Source: Escherichia phage vB_EcoA_4HA11. From it: a DNA stretch of 64,000 nt. The translations under genes were made by a program, and so were the position numbers. Shown here one piece after another: positions 9,252 through 19,534 of this stretch. Every line of letters starts with the position of its first letter. The first letter of the stretch is position 1. The notes beneath the pieces are model-generated. The model made no database searches. It was not told where the DNA came from and saw only the letters and a program-made list of their open reading frames with translations. Location of the stretch: the sequence record MN445184; one strand, written 5' to 3'.

Positions 9252-9422
9252 TTACTGGCCGTTGTTGTTTGAATTCATATCAGCTGCGATAGAATCCAGA
9301 ACATATGCTGTGCCTTGGTTTAATAGTTCTTGACTACGTGCATCAAGTTCCATGTTGCATTCTGCAACAGCAGTTTCAGTGTCACCGTCAATTACTGCAC
9401 GAACGATATCAATTGCGCTCAT
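9252..9422 (-). CDS. small acidic protein (gp67-like by position)
   Basis: 56-aa ORF below the ORF-track size cutoff; ATG with GGAGA SD; ACTAAATA motif upstream. Confidence 0.4.
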   Translation of the reverse strand: MSAIDIVRAVIDGDTETAVAECNMELDARSQELLNQGTAYVLDSIAADMNSNNNGQ

Positions 9423-9463
9423 GATTTTGATCTCCGAATTAATTTTCTATATTTAGTTGAACT

Positions 9464-11146
9464 TTAAATACTATCGTCTGTTGAACCAGAGAATGGGATA
9501 GTCTCAGGTTTAAACTTCAACGGACTAACATCTGAACCGCTATAATTGCCAGTTTCATCTGCTTGAACCTTCGGATAGAGACCTTTCTTCTTCTCTTCCG
9601 CGATCTTCGTTTGTTGTTCTTTAACTTCTTCATCAGACATACGCAATACATTTCTCATGACGTAGTCTATGGAGAAAATGGAACCAACAAATGGCTCAAC
9701 AGTGTTCAATGAAGCCAGACGATCATTCAAGATAGCGTTTTCTTGTTGTTCACGAATGTAACTATCGGATGTGAATTCAAACTTTATAAACGGTTTGATC
9801 TTCTCATTCCAATCCTTTTCATCCGTAACGCCTTTCAAAATTAACTGGCGGCGCAAGAATTCCATAAAGAAATGGGAGTAACGACGACGTAACCCAGCAC
9901 AGAACTTGCTGAAACGCAGCTCTTCCTGTGTAATCTCCGCGAGGTTGGAACCCCCAATGTTAATAGATCCTTCCTCTTGGAGGCGGCTCTTAGGGATCAT
10001 TAGAGCATCATAGAGTTTTTCACGGAAATAGTTCACGTGATCCATTTCGCCCAATTGATTCCCACCCCCAACAGTCGCAATCTCTGTAGCATTCTGACCT
10101 TCGCGGCGCGGCAACCAATAATCCTCTGCAATACCCATAAGATGGGCATTACCTGTTATCTTACCAGTGGTGCGGTCATATGCGTTGCGGTTTTTGAATT
10201 TACCCATCATCATGGTCATGTATTCTTCAGCAGATTTCTTACCGAGAGTACCGACGTCAAGATAGAATGCGCGTTTCTCAGGGGCGCGAGTGATGGCATA
10301 AATTACAGTCGCATCTTCAGTCGTAACCAGGTTGTTCAACGGACGGATAGCAGGATTTAAAAGGCCTGGGACAATACCATTGGCCAATGGCTCTTCACCA
10401 CTATCGATGTAAACAATGCTTTCGTCATCGAATACGAGTTCTTGTTGTGAAGGTTGGAAGTTTTGAGAAGTACCTGATTGACCAGTGAATTGGTTTCGAT
10501 TATAATTCGGATTGTAATAGTATTTCAGCGTTACAGATTCGATCGCTTCTATACCACCTTCACGCATTGCCTTTTCAACGATGTACACAGGACGAATACA
10601 ACGAGAATCCAGCATGACCAATTTCTTGATCCCGCCCTTCTTATTCGTTGGGTCAACAATCACATGATACGCTTGTCGACCATCTACATACCATTTCCGA
10701 ATCTTTTGATACGCCGTATTTTCAAAATCCATCAAATGAATCACTTCTTTGAAACATTCGGTGATAGATTCTTTGACTGATTCAGAAATACCATCAACTT
10801 TGTCAAGATTGACTGTCACCGGAGTTTCGTCTTCCTCACATGTGACAACGTCATTAACAATGATGTCCACAGCTTTGCGGATTTCTGGCTGCTGGGCCAT
10901 GGACTGATATTCTTCCACAACTGTTTTAACGCTGAGAAGTTCACTCTCAACGCCAACATAGTTGTAGGTGTTTGCACCGCCCTGAAGGATTATAGAACCG
11001 TCTTGAGCATCGTCCAGAGCAACAACTGTCGCCTTGGTGAGCAACAATTCATCTTGTTTTTGGGCTAACTTATCGGTGTCGACTTTGGCATTGACTAAAC
11101 CGCCGCCACCAAACAAACCGAAGAACCCCATGCCGTATCCAGCCAT
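9464..11146 (-). CDS. portal protein (T4 gp20-like)
   Basis: 560 aa, ATG with GAGGA SD; position between tail tube and prohead genes. Confidence 0.8.
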   Translation of the reverse strand: MAGYGMGFFGLFGGGGLVNAKVDTDKLAQKQDELLLTKATVVALDDAQDGSIILQGGANTYNYVGVESELLSVKTVVEEYQSMAQQPEIRKAVDIIVNDVVTCEEDETPVTVNLDKVDGISESVKESITECFKEVIHLMDFENTAYQKIRKWYVDGRQAYHVIVDPTNKKGGIKKLVMLDSRCIRPVYIVEKAMREGGIEAIESVTLKYYYNPNYNRNQFTGQSGTSQNFQPSQQELVFDDESIVYIDSGEEPLANGIVPGLLNPAIRPLNNLVTTEDATVIYAITRAPEKRAFYLDVGTLGKKSAEEYMTMMMGKFKNRNAYDRTTGKITGNAHLMGIAEDYWLPRREGQNATEIATVGGGNQLGEMDHVNYFREKLYDALMIPKSRLQEEGSINIGGSNLAEITQEELRFSKFCAGLRRRYSHFFMEFLRRQLILKGVTDEKDWNEKIKPFIKFEFTSDSYIREQQENAILNDRLASLNTVEPFVGSIFSIDYVMRNVLRMSDEEVKEQQTKIAEEKKKGLYPKVQADETGNYSGSDVSPLKFKPETIPFSGSTDDSI

Positions 11147-11213
11147 GATCTAAGTCCTCAACGTTTTCTTGTAATTAGTGAGGGGGAATAACATTCCCCC
11201 AGCACCGAGGACA

Positions 11214-11747
11214 TTACAATGACTTGTCAGAAACGGCTTGGAAATAACGCAAGTCGACAGTGAACTGTGTGTAAGAGTCCATTGCCGACATATCGAGTTC
11301 CAGTTGGCCGAGGTTTTGAGGCCAGCCGCCCTGTAAAGTCCATGTCTTAGTCACGTTGTCATTCGCGTCCAGAAGTTCCATGATGATATCACGGAAATAA
11401 TCATCTGGATTCGCGCTGGCGCGGTTGTTTTCACTACCGTTGATGAATTGCTGCCACACTTCAAAAGCATTGTATGGAGCGTTGTTCACCACGTTAATGA
11501 ACGTCACAGGAAGCGCTTCGAAACGACGATCCCCTGGGAACGGAAGTTCACGACCACCCCAGGGCACCAGAATTTCGCCCAGCTGACCTGTTGGGGTGTT
11601 GGTGGTTACAGCCAGCAAGGACACGTCACGAATTGTGTCGGAACCAGCAACAAAAGAAGGAAAGTTTACAGTCACACGCCAGCGGTGTTGGCGTTGTACG
11701 CCGCCCCCTCGTGACATGGCTGCGCGAAACTCATTGACTGTCGCCAT
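11214..11747 (-). CDS. tail tube protein (T4 gp19-like)
   Basis: 177 aa; C-terminal GGWPQNLGQLELD...FTVDLRYF resembles the gp19 C-terminus; synteny. Confidence 0.7.
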   Translation of the reverse strand: MATVNEFRAAMSRGGGVQRQHRWRVTVNFPSFVAGSDTIRDVSLLAVTTNTPTGQLGEILVPWGGRELPFPGDRRFEALPVTFINVVNNAPYNAFEVWQQFINGSENNRASANPDDYFRDIIMELLDANDNVTKTWTLQGGWPQNLGQLELDMSAMDSYTQFTVDLRYFQAVSDKSL

Positions 11748-11777
11748 TTTTATATCTCCAAATAAGAGTACACAATT

Positions 11778-12236
11778 CTAATTAGTCGTCAATCTTTTAA
11801 TCTTCATGGAAGAAAAATCAAATCCGTGGTCAACATTGCTTAAAACGGGTTCGATTTCACACAATTCCCAACGGGGATCTATGAGAGAAACAAGACCAAT
11901 GTGTTCACCTGTGGATGTCAATTTTGCTGCAGTTTTACCCAGCATATGACTTCCATCATTACCGCCTTTATTCATGTTGTAACCCATCTCATAAGAATTA
12001 TATTGAGAGATGAGTTGCTTCTCTAATTCCCATTTATGGACTTCATCGGTCTGAGCAATTACAACGAAAGTAAATCCAGATGTTCCATACTTACGCATGG
12101 CATCATACAATTCACTTTGGACTCCATGATGAAAAGCATTCGCAAAATGCTGATCATATCTTCGTTGTGGGTCATTGGTCACACCGATGTAGACCTTTCC
12201 ATTAGTTATCGTTTCAATTTTGTATGCGTATATCAT
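11778..12236 (-). CDS. free-standing GIY-YIG homing endonuclease
   Basis: MIYAYKIE...GKVYIGVTND...R motif; inserted between tail sheath and tail tube genes. Confidence 0.7.
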   Translation of the reverse strand: MIYAYKIETITNGKVYIGVTNDPQRRYDQHFANAFHHGVQSELYDAMRKYGTSGFTFVVIAQTDEVHKWELEKQLISQYNSYEMGYNMNKGGNDGSHMLGKTAAKLTSTGEHIGLVSLIDPRWELCEIEPVLSNVDHGFDFSSMKIKRLTTN

Positions 12237-12262
12237 TCAATAACTCAAATCAATAAGACAAA

Positions 12263-12287
12263 GGAAAACCCCGCCGAAGCGGGGTTG
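12263..12287 (-). terminator. intrinsic terminator after the tail sheath gene
   Basis: Identical CCCCGC-UUCG-GCGGGG hairpin plus U-run. Confidence 0.6.
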
Positions 12288-12292
12288 GTCAT

Positions 12293-14188
12293 TTATGAAG
12301 CAGCAACGATGCCGCCACCGGATTCGATTTCGCTGAACTCCATATCTGGTCGAACTGCAGCAAAATCCAAATAAATCCAGTTAATGCTGTACTCAGGCTT
12401 CAACCAAATACCAGCAACCATTTGGTTTGCCGCAATGATATCAGCAGTGTTGTTGTCTTCATCACATTTGACTTTACCATCGTAAATCGCGCCCATATTT
12501 GCCAGCTGGCGAATATATGGACGAACCGCATTGCTGAACAGACCACGTGTAAACGCGTCATTGTTCTCACCAAGATAGTATTTGGCGATTGCGGCGATGT
12601 TCTGCTCAGCCATGATGAACAGGCCACGAACGTTGATACGGTCAAACGCCGACGGGCGGGTCAGGCCAGTTTTGTCACCATACAGGACGATGCCTTCATT
12701 GGAGAAGGTTACGATGCTGTTGATCTGGTTGCGGTACAACACAGCACGTTCATCAGAAGATGCAGACCACGCCATTCGATTATAGTTGTTGTATTTACCA
12801 CGGTTGTGGAACGCCGGAGATTTGTAGATACCCGCGATTTCAATGCTTCGCGCCCAAACACCTGCGGTGCCACCACAAGCCGGAATCCAACGCATTTTGT
12901 CGTTGTACTTGTCGTACACATATGCCCAGTTATCATCCATGAAGAAATAAGAAGAGTCGCGAACAAGGCTTTCACGCCAAGCAACGACATCATCCATTTC
13001 ACGACCACGGTTGCCAACAACCGTATCACGGAGCGGGGATACGAAAGATACGGTATCTTTTCGCTCAGTAGATAAGTCGATCAATGCTTGTTGCTCAATC
13101 AGTTCTTCACAGTACGCAAATACTGGCTTCGCATCATATGCTTCAGCATTGTTCAAGACTTGGATAGCTGCCACGCGGTTGATGTTATAATCGTCTACGC
13201 CGCCTTCTAATTCAACGACACCTGCAACCAGTTCGCTCGCGAAGGTATACACCCAATTTGAAGTATCGTTGATCACGTCTTTGAAGTACGCATTCGCGCC
13301 ATCGGATTTTTTAGAACCCTGGGTGTTCTGCATCAGTTCGTATTTTTCAATGATGGAACCAGAAGCGCCAACAGTAGTGATTACGGCTGTTGCAGTCAGT
13401 CCTTTATCATCAGGAACGATAGCTGTAACGGCCTGAGGACCGATAGCTTTATGGGTCACGATGACAGTGTTGGACTTCACGACAACAGAAGAATAAACAC
13501 TTGTCAGGGAAGTTAGCGCTGTACCGATTTTGGTTGCCAAAGTGGCTGGAGTATCAGTATCCAGATATGCGATATCTTCACCTGCCACACTGATGGTGCC
13601 AGCAGCAGTAGCCGTACCAGAAACGGAGATACGGTCAACCTGACCGACTGCGCCAGCAGAGTCGGTAATGCGGCCAACTTTGTCTACGACAACTACATGG
13701 AATTCACCAGACTGAGGTGCGTATGCAAAGTTATTACGGAATTCCCAAGTCGAGAACCCAGCAGCATCACAAACATTGATAGCAATATCATTACCCAGGG
13801 AACCTGGATAACGACCAGTCCAAGTGATGGACGCCGAAGGACTTGCTGTTTCAAAATCCAGTTTGTTTTTGATCGCAATCGCTGTCTGACCTTTGGTAAC
13901 AGAGTTCTTGGCTAGAGGACCAACAACACGGGTCACCCATGCCATAGAGCTGTAAGACAAAAAGTCCGCGATTACGAGAAAATCGGTCGCAGTACTGTCG
14001 TTGGGTTTGAAGAATTTCTTCACCAAACCTGTCTCACCACCAGTCACCAGCACTGGAAGTTCAACTTCACCCCATTGAAATTTGCCGACGGTCGCGCCCT
14101 GAACAACAACGGACGGAGACGTCTGAAGCGTGGCATCACGCTCAGTCCACTGAACGGACGGCGCAACGCTGAAGCTTTGAGTTGCCAT
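12293..14188 (-). CDS. tail sheath protein (T4 gp18-like)
   Basis: ORF-track start at 14221 is TTG; first ATG at 14188 has GAAGGAA SD; size and synteny match gp18. Confidence 0.8.
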   Translation of the reverse strand: MATQSFSVAPSVQWTERDATLQTSPSVVVQGATVGKFQWGEVELPVLVTGGETGLVKKFFKPNDSTATDFLVIADFLSYSSMAWVTRVVGPLAKNSVTKGQTAIAIKNKLDFETASPSASITWTGRYPGSLGNDIAINVCDAAGFSTWEFRNNFAYAPQSGEFHVVVVDKVGRITDSAGAVGQVDRISVSGTATAAGTISVAGEDIAYLDTDTPATLATKIGTALTSLTSVYSSVVVKSNTVIVTHKAIGPQAVTAIVPDDKGLTATAVITTVGASGSIIEKYELMQNTQGSKKSDGANAYFKDVINDTSNWVYTFASELVAGVVELEGGVDDYNINRVAAIQVLNNAEAYDAKPVFAYCEELIEQQALIDLSTERKDTVSFVSPLRDTVVGNRGREMDDVVAWRESLVRDSSYFFMDDNWAYVYDKYNDKMRWIPACGGTAGVWARSIEIAGIYKSPAFHNRGKYNNYNRMAWSASSDERAVLYRNQINSIVTFSNEGIVLYGDKTGLTRPSAFDRINVRGLFIMAEQNIAAIAKYYLGENNDAFTRGLFSNAVRPYIRQLANMGAIYDGKVKCDEDNNTADIIAANQMVAGIWLKPEYSINWIYLDFAAVRPDMEFSEIESGGGIVAAS

Positions 14189-14230
14189 AATATCATTCCT
14201 TCTCGGTAGAGTTTCGCTCAATTTGAAAGA

Positions 14231-14238
14231 TATTTAGT
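14231..14238 (-). promoter_or_regulatory. late-promoter-like box ACTAAATA upstream of tail sheath
   Basis: Minus-strand ACTAAATA (T4 late consensus is TATAAATA); same octamer recurs before other late genes. Confidence 0.4.
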
Positions 14239-14240
14239 GA

Positions 14241-16451
14241 TCAATTCTTAAACCACTCATCCATGGTCATCCCTGACATTTCGTTGAAAACTTGAATACC
14301 CCCGAAACCAGGCAAATGCTCAGTTTCGGATGGGGTGTCTCCAACGACTAAACCGCCAAATGGGAATACCTGCTGAGATTCAGTTGAAGACATTCGGTTT
14401 CTCATGTCCTGAGAAATACTTGTAGATGTCAAATCACTGAACCATTCTTGTTTTACCGCCCATGAATATAAGACCAACGGCATGACACAGTCATCGTGAC
14501 AACCGTCATCGGCTTCATACCGAGCGCCTTTGAACACAAATGTACTGAGTTCATCTATCGTGTCCTGGTCTTCTATCACCAACATTTCTTTCTCAATGAG
14601 CGCTTTCAGGTTAGCACAACCGATAGATCGGACTTTTCTGTTGGTATTGATACCAGGTTCCGGTTTACGCCCACCAATCCGTTTCCCCGTCCCTTTGTTA
14701 TCTGTTGATGTGAATATGATTTCTGGATATTCTATCTCTTGATAAAGAATTGTAATAACCTGACCGCCGACGTCGTTGTTTGTTTCAACAAGGACAGGAC
14801 ATTCCCCGTATTCGGTGCACATATCAGCTATCGTGTATGCATACATCATAGGAGGTATCGTATTATTCCTGTACTTGGCTGCTATGACATGCGGATATTC
14901 AGTTATATCCAGAATTGTTAAGACGGAATAATCTCCTTCCACCCCCTTCCCAGTGTCCGCAATCCCAAAGTAGAGACGTTGTGGGTCGTATTCCTTATAA
15001 ATCTTGGTGAATTCATTAGGTTCCCGATACAACTTGGACGTCATTTTATCTAAGCATTTGGCCGGAATCAATGAACCCACGGAACCACGGAACTTAATGC
15101 CAAATTCTTGATCGAAACGAGCATCCCCCAGACGGGCACGTTGTTTGGTTTCCCAATCTGGATCTTTGGTATATGCCGGAACCTTATACCATGGGACTTC
15201 AGTTAGGTGGAAGTCGTTGTATTGTGGATGGCGCGGATCTGCTTTGGTGACAATATCATAGAACAACCCTCGCTGGCCTTTCGGAGTACTTGTCAAAATA
15301 CAGCGTGATGTATCGGCAGATGCAATGGCTGGGAAAGTTGATTCCCAAAATTCAAAGTCGTTTTCGATAAACGCGACTTCGTCAACGTACAAGAGCGATA
15401 CAGAACGACCACGGATGGAGTCCGAAGACGTGGCATAAGCGTATATCTTAGAACCATTTTCAAACTCTATCAGGGTAGAACCAAACTTCTCACAACCCTG
15501 CTGAAGGAAGAATGGAAGGTCTTGGTATGCCTTTCTGATACGGTCAAGAATTTCTATCGCTTGTTTCTCTTTGTTTGCCAGTACTGCGATTTCCTTATCA
15601 GAATGGAACATCGCATACCAAAGAAGAAACGCCGCCACCACGGTCGTGTTATGACTGAGAAAGCCATTCGTGTAATAACGTTGATCACTAGATTTGACCT
15701 GCAGATCGTACATATGGTGATATTCACCAGTCTGCCAAATCTCACGGATTTCTTCTGGACCTTCTGTCGTCATGATGTATGACCCAGCATTCAGGTCTTT
15801 GGCAAATGTCTCCTTCATGTCCGGAGTGAAGAACATATGTTCATCGGCCACGTTAATTCGCCTTCCGGTAACTGTGACAATAACGAATTCCGCATATTTC
15901 TTCGTCTTATGCGCTGCGATAACCGGAACCCAGCCACTATCGGATTGTACAAAGTAACGTTTGCCGAAGCGGCTGTCCACGAACTTGTCATGGTTGCCAA
16001 TGGTATTCAGCGGCACAGCGTGGTTGACGTCCTCGAATCGGCTGTGAAGCTCCCCTATGGTCAGGAGCAACTCCTCTTGGCTGAGAGTATCGTAAACTGT
16101 GACAAGCGTGTCGCCTTTTACACATTTTCCAGACTGACGAGCCTGGATGACCGCATTGAATCGATAGTCCTGAAAGTCATGGAACAACTGTTTCTGATAA
16201 TCATGCATATCGAAAAGGATAAAGCCTTTATCGATCGTGGTTATCTTGTAATAGTTGGCGGCGAAGTAGTGTGCATCCATAGAACATTCAACGAATTCGT
16301 CTTCTTGTTCATCTGTCAGCATTAACTCGACTCGAGGAGCACGCACAGAAGGTTTGCGCATAAACGTTTGGTCCATACGCAATTTCACATCGTCTATTTT
16401 GAACCCCGTTTTAATTGGGGCATATTCTATATCACGCTTCTGATACGCCAT
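14241..16451 (-). CDS. terminase large subunit (T4 gp17-like) containing a mini-intein
   Basis: Walker A QARQSGK|TTVVAAF split by an insert beginning Cys and ending His-Asn before Thr; rest of protein aligns with gp17 ATPase/nuclease. Confidence 0.9.
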   Translation of the reverse strand: MAYQKRDIEYAPIKTGFKIDDVKLRMDQTFMRKPSVRAPRVELMLTDEQEDEFVECSMDAHYFAANYYKITTIDKGFILFDMHDYQKQLFHDFQDYRFNAVIQARQSGKCVKGDTLVTVYDTLSQEELLLTIGELHSRFEDVNHAVPLNTIGNHDKFVDSRFGKRYFVQSDSGWVPVIAAHKTKKYAEFVIVTVTGRRINVADEHMFFTPDMKETFAKDLNAGSYIMTTEGPEEIREIWQTGEYHHMYDLQVKSSDQRYYTNGFLSHNTTVVAAFLLWYAMFHSDKEIAVLANKEKQAIEILDRIRKAYQDLPFFLQQGCEKFGSTLIEFENGSKIYAYATSSDSIRGRSVSLLYVDEVAFIENDFEFWESTFPAIASADTSRCILTSTPKGQRGLFYDIVTKADPRHPQYNDFHLTEVPWYKVPAYTKDPDWETKQRARLGDARFDQEFGIKFRGSVGSLIPAKCLDKMTSKLYREPNEFTKIYKEYDPQRLYFGIADTGKGVEGDYSVLTILDITEYPHVIAAKYRNNTIPPMMYAYTIADMCTEYGECPVLVETNNDVGGQVITILYQEIEYPEIIFTSTDNKGTGKRIGGRKPEPGINTNRKVRSIGCANLKALIEKEMLVIEDQDTIDELSTFVFKGARYEADDGCHDDCVMPLVLYSWAVKQEWFSDLTSTSISQDMRNRMSSTESQQVFPFGGLVVGDTPSETEHLPGFGGIQVFNEMSGMTMDEWFKN
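15648..16124 (-). other. mini-intein (159 aa, no endonuclease domain) inside the terminase P-loop
   Basis: Starts CVKGDTLV (Cys1), ends ...NGFLSHN followed by Thr; extein junction reconstitutes GKT; boundary codons checked against the sequence. Confidence 0.8.
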
Positions 16452-17112
16452 CGTCTTCTTCCTTCACATCAACTGTTTCACCATCAATGATTTCATCTTC
16501 TGGTTGTTGTGCGGCCTTTGCTTGTGCTCTTTCTTCAGCGCGACGGCGGGCATCTTCAATCGTCTTCAATAAATCGCGAGAAGATCGCGCCTTTTTCCCA
16601 ACCGATACTGTTGTTGTTCCGTCTGGTGAAGTTGTAACATCCACTGTCGTGTCATCAACAGGTGGTTCTTTATCACCTGTTACTGCCTTGATGGTTTTCT
16701 GGTTTTCCATCAAGTCTTTATTCAGACCGCGCATGAGTTCACCCAATTCACGGAAAACAGAAAATGCTCGCGGAGCTTCTGTGGATGCAGCCAATTTAGC
16801 GGCTTGTCCCATCATGAACATTGTGGCTTCTTGCATGGCATATGTTGTGTCGCGTATCCGTTTGTAATCCGTTGTAGCATCAGTGTCCGCAAACTCAGGT
16901 ACTTTGGATTCCTTGGAAGCAATATCCTCCAATGAAGGAGGTTCAGGAATCGGCTGATACCCTTCCGGACGTTCACCAAACCATTCACCTGTATTTTCAT
17001 CGAAGTCAATACCTGGACGAGGGGCGACAGCCTCCATCGCCTCCTTCCCAACTTCGTCTCGGGCGGTCACTGCATCAAGTGTGGCGAGTAACCTTTCTGA
17101 CATATTGCTCAT
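16432..17112 (-). CDS. putative terminase small subunit (gp16 position)
   Basis: Immediately upstream of and overlapping the large terminase; start reset from TTG to ATG with GGAGGA SD. Confidence 0.45.
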   Translation of the reverse strand: MSNMSERLLATLDAVTARDEVGKEAMEAVAPRPGIDFDENTGEWFGERPEGYQPIPEPPSLEDIASKESKVPEFADTDATTDYKRIRDTTYAMQEATMFMMGQAAKLAASTEAPRAFSVFRELGELMRGLNKDLMENQKTIKAVTGDKEPPVDDTTVDVTTSPDGTTTVSVGKKARSSRDLLKTIEDARRRAEERAQAKAAQQPEDEIIDGETVDVKEEDDGVSEA

Positions 17113-17114
17113 GA

Positions 17115-17813
17115 TCAATCCTCCGGATGATGTATGCCGTCTTTATCAACTCGGAACCACTCAGGAAGTTCCGACCATGGCATGTTCAAATCATTAGACA
17201 TTTCAATAATTATCTCTTTGATGACGTTTGGATCCCCACCGCCCGAACCATCATCAACCCAATAATCTTCTCCATAGATGTGACCATGTAATTGAAAATT
17301 GAATGAACAATCTATGTGTGGTGATTCTGTTGCGTCCCCTTCCCAGTTGTCAGAAATCGTGTGATTTACCAACATTATCTTCACGTTCTGATCTTGAGAT
17401 AAAGTATCGTTGTCCTTTATCTGACAGTCAACAGAAGGAGTGAACACAGAATAAATTTGTTCTAATACTTGCAACATTTCGACCAATTTTTTAGTTCTGA
17501 TATTGTATTCAAAATCTATAATGATCGGAATGCGTTGTTTGGACCGTGCCGTAGCGGTCGATATTTGGTTGTGGTATGACTTCGTCACCTGTTTATTGAT
17601 TTCGAACTGACCAAAGGACATTGTTGCAAATGGCAGCATATTGGCTGGCACGTTCCTGTTGAGGTCATTACGGCGGCCAATGGCCATATGCAGCGGAATT
17701 TCCATCAAGCCACGTTCGGTTTTGACTTTTAAATCTGACATGATAGCGTTGAACACATGTATGTATTTCAACAATGATTCATGATAGAAATATTTTTCAA
17801 ATGGTCTGGCCAT
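17115..17813 (-). CDS. tail completion / sheath stabiliser (gp15 position)
   Basis: Synteny only (gp13-14-15-16-17 order). Confidence 0.4.
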   Translation of the reverse strand: MARPFEKYFYHESLLKYIHVFNAIMSDLKVKTERGLMEIPLHMAIGRRNDLNRNVPANMLPFATMSFGQFEINKQVTKSYHNQISTATARSKQRIPIIIDFEYNIRTKKLVEMLQVLEQIYSVFTPSVDCQIKDNDTLSQDQNVKIMLVNHTISDNWEGDATESPHIDCSFNFQLHGHIYGEDYWVDDGSGGGDPNVIKEIIIEMSNDLNMPWSELPEWFRVDKDGIHHPED

Positions 17814-17815
17814 GA

Positions 17816-18457
17816 TTATTCCCCGAAGTCGATCTTCATTTTATTGGGCGAAAGATCTTTCTCTATTTCGTCCGCAAATTGGTTATCCGTTTGCAGGCTG
17901 GCGTCTTTGTACACACCGTCTCCTTCCAGATCCTGCAATCGTTTATCAATATCGTCTATTTCAGATACACCTGTATCGAAATCTTCGTTACCGTATTGGA
18001 ACAACGTACATGGTAGGGAATATGTGTACCATTTCCCAAATTGCATGAATTCTTCATCGTTATTCGGGTTATTCACTTTAAATATTTTGTTAGCCATAGG
18101 CAGATATATCAAATCACCTTCTTGAGGCATTTGTTCAAGGCCTGGACCATTACCAATAACTTCTGAAAAACGACGACGAGCAATAGTGAATGTCACTTCA
18201 TCTTGTAATTGGATACCGCCGAACTTTTCCCACATCTGTGTGTTGAAGCCTTGATAATCCTGCATGTACACTTCGATGTCAAACGCTTGGTCGAATTTGT
18301 GTTCGGCCTCGTTTAAAATTGGGTATTTTTCAACAATAGAACGTGGAATATACTTGACATCAATCCCACGCAATTGTATCATCTCGACCACCAAGTCATC
18401 AATTAATTTTTGAGTCCCTTGGTGTGCAGTGTAATTGAAGTATCGAGAAGTAGCCAT
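17816..18457 (-). CDS. neck protein (gp14 position)
   Basis: Synteny only; ATG start; ACTAAATA box upstream. Confidence 0.4.
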   Translation of the reverse strand: MATSRYFNYTAHQGTQKLIDDLVVEMIQLRGIDVKYIPRSIVEKYPILNEAEHKFDQAFDIEVYMQDYQGFNTQMWEKFGGIQLQDEVTFTIARRRFSEVIGNGPGLEQMPQEGDLIYLPMANKIFKVNNPNNDEEFMQFGKWYTYSLPCTLFQYGNEDFDTGVSEIDDIDKRLQDLEGDGVYKDASLQTDNQFADEIEKDLSPNKMKIDFGE

Positions 18458-18515
18458 AATATTTTCCTCAAGATTTAAATATATTTAGTTGAATTTGTTT
18501 TTAAGGTGAATCAAT

Positions 18516-19226
18516 ATGATCGTCCTGACAGAAGGAATTGCTTCTAAAAGAATCAAATCATATGCTTCTTCTAGAGGTGGAATATTTCACGGATTTGTCG
18601 GTGGTAAATTTGTCACCAACCAAACTAAGTGTATTTTGTCTTGCGAATTTGGTCATGAATGGAACTCAGCAACTTATGCGAATTTGATAAATAAAGGAAG
18701 TTGGTGTCCTTCGTGTCGTGGAAACAAGAAGATCTCAAATGAAGAAGCTAAAATCAGGATATCGGAGTACGCCGTAAGCAACGGTGGTAAATTCATAAAT
18801 TTCATTGGCGGGAAGTACAAAGACAACGTGACAATTTGTGTCATGGAATGTTCTGAAACACACAGGTGGGAATCCAGGTACGGTAATTTAGTCAACAGCC
18901 GAAGTTGGTGTCCGTATTGCGCAGAATCGGGTTACAATTATTCTAAGGAAGGTTTCTTATATATTCTAGTCAACGACGAAGGTTGTATGAAAGTGGGAAT
19001 AACCAACTCACCTAAGAAACGCATAAATTGTTTAAGAAGCAGCACCCCGTTTGACTTCAACGTTCTAGAAATATTCAATTCAACCGACGGATTATTTGTT
19101 TCCAGGTTGGAAAGAATTGCCCATAGAATGTGTAAGAGCGCGGGATATAAGGATTTTGACGGTGCTACCGAATGGTTTGTATATGACGGGTCAGTCGTAG
19201 ATTTTATCAGAAATATTTTGAAGTAG
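18516..19226 (+). CDS. homing endonuclease-like protein (GIY-YIG/T5orf172-type nuclease with tandem zinc-ribbon modules)
   Basis: Two repeated Cys/His modules (C..C..H..SWCP.C) then GFLYIL..KVGIT..R; opposite strand to neighbours. Confidence 0.55.
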   Translation: MIVLTEGIASKRIKSYASSRGGIFHGFVGGKFVTNQTKCILSCEFGHEWNSATYANLINKGSWCPSCRGNKKISNEEAKIRISEYAVSNGGKFINFIGGKYKDNVTICVMECSETHRWESRYGNLVNSRSWCPYCAESGYNYSKEGFLYILVNDEGCMKVGITNSPKKRINCLRSSTPFDFNVLEIFNSTDGLFVSRLERIAHRMCKSAGYKDFDGATEWFVYDGSVVDFIRNILK

Positions 19227-19291
19227 CCATGACTTTACCCTCAATTTTGAAGGTATTTAGTCAATCATTAATTCTTTTGAGGAATTGATAA

Positions 19292-19504
19292 ATGAAGGTT
19301 GAAGATATTAAAGAAACTCGTGACGGAAGGCGTGTGAGAATTATCTGTGTAGATGCTAAAATCGCCGATGGTTCATATAACATTGTGGGTCTTATCAAAG
19401 GCGAAAAGGGAAATGATTTTATTGAATGGTGGGACGAAAAGAACGTGGTTGATGGTTATATTCTAGCAAATTCAGATCCTTCCGGACGCGACATCAAGTT
19501 ATAA
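19292..19504 (+). CDS. hypothetical small protein
   Basis: 70-aa ORF, ATG, SD GAGGAA. Confidence 0.45.
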   Translation: MKVEDIKETRDGRRVRIICVDAKIADGSYNIVGLIKGEKGNDFIEWWDEKNVVDGYILANSDPSGRDIKL

Positions 19505-19534
19505 AAAGAAAGGCGGGTTATCCCGCCTTCTCTT
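19505..19534. terminator. bidirectional terminator between convergent genes
   Basis: AGGCGGG-UUAU-CCCGCCU hairpin with U-rich flanks in both directions. Confidence 0.5.
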
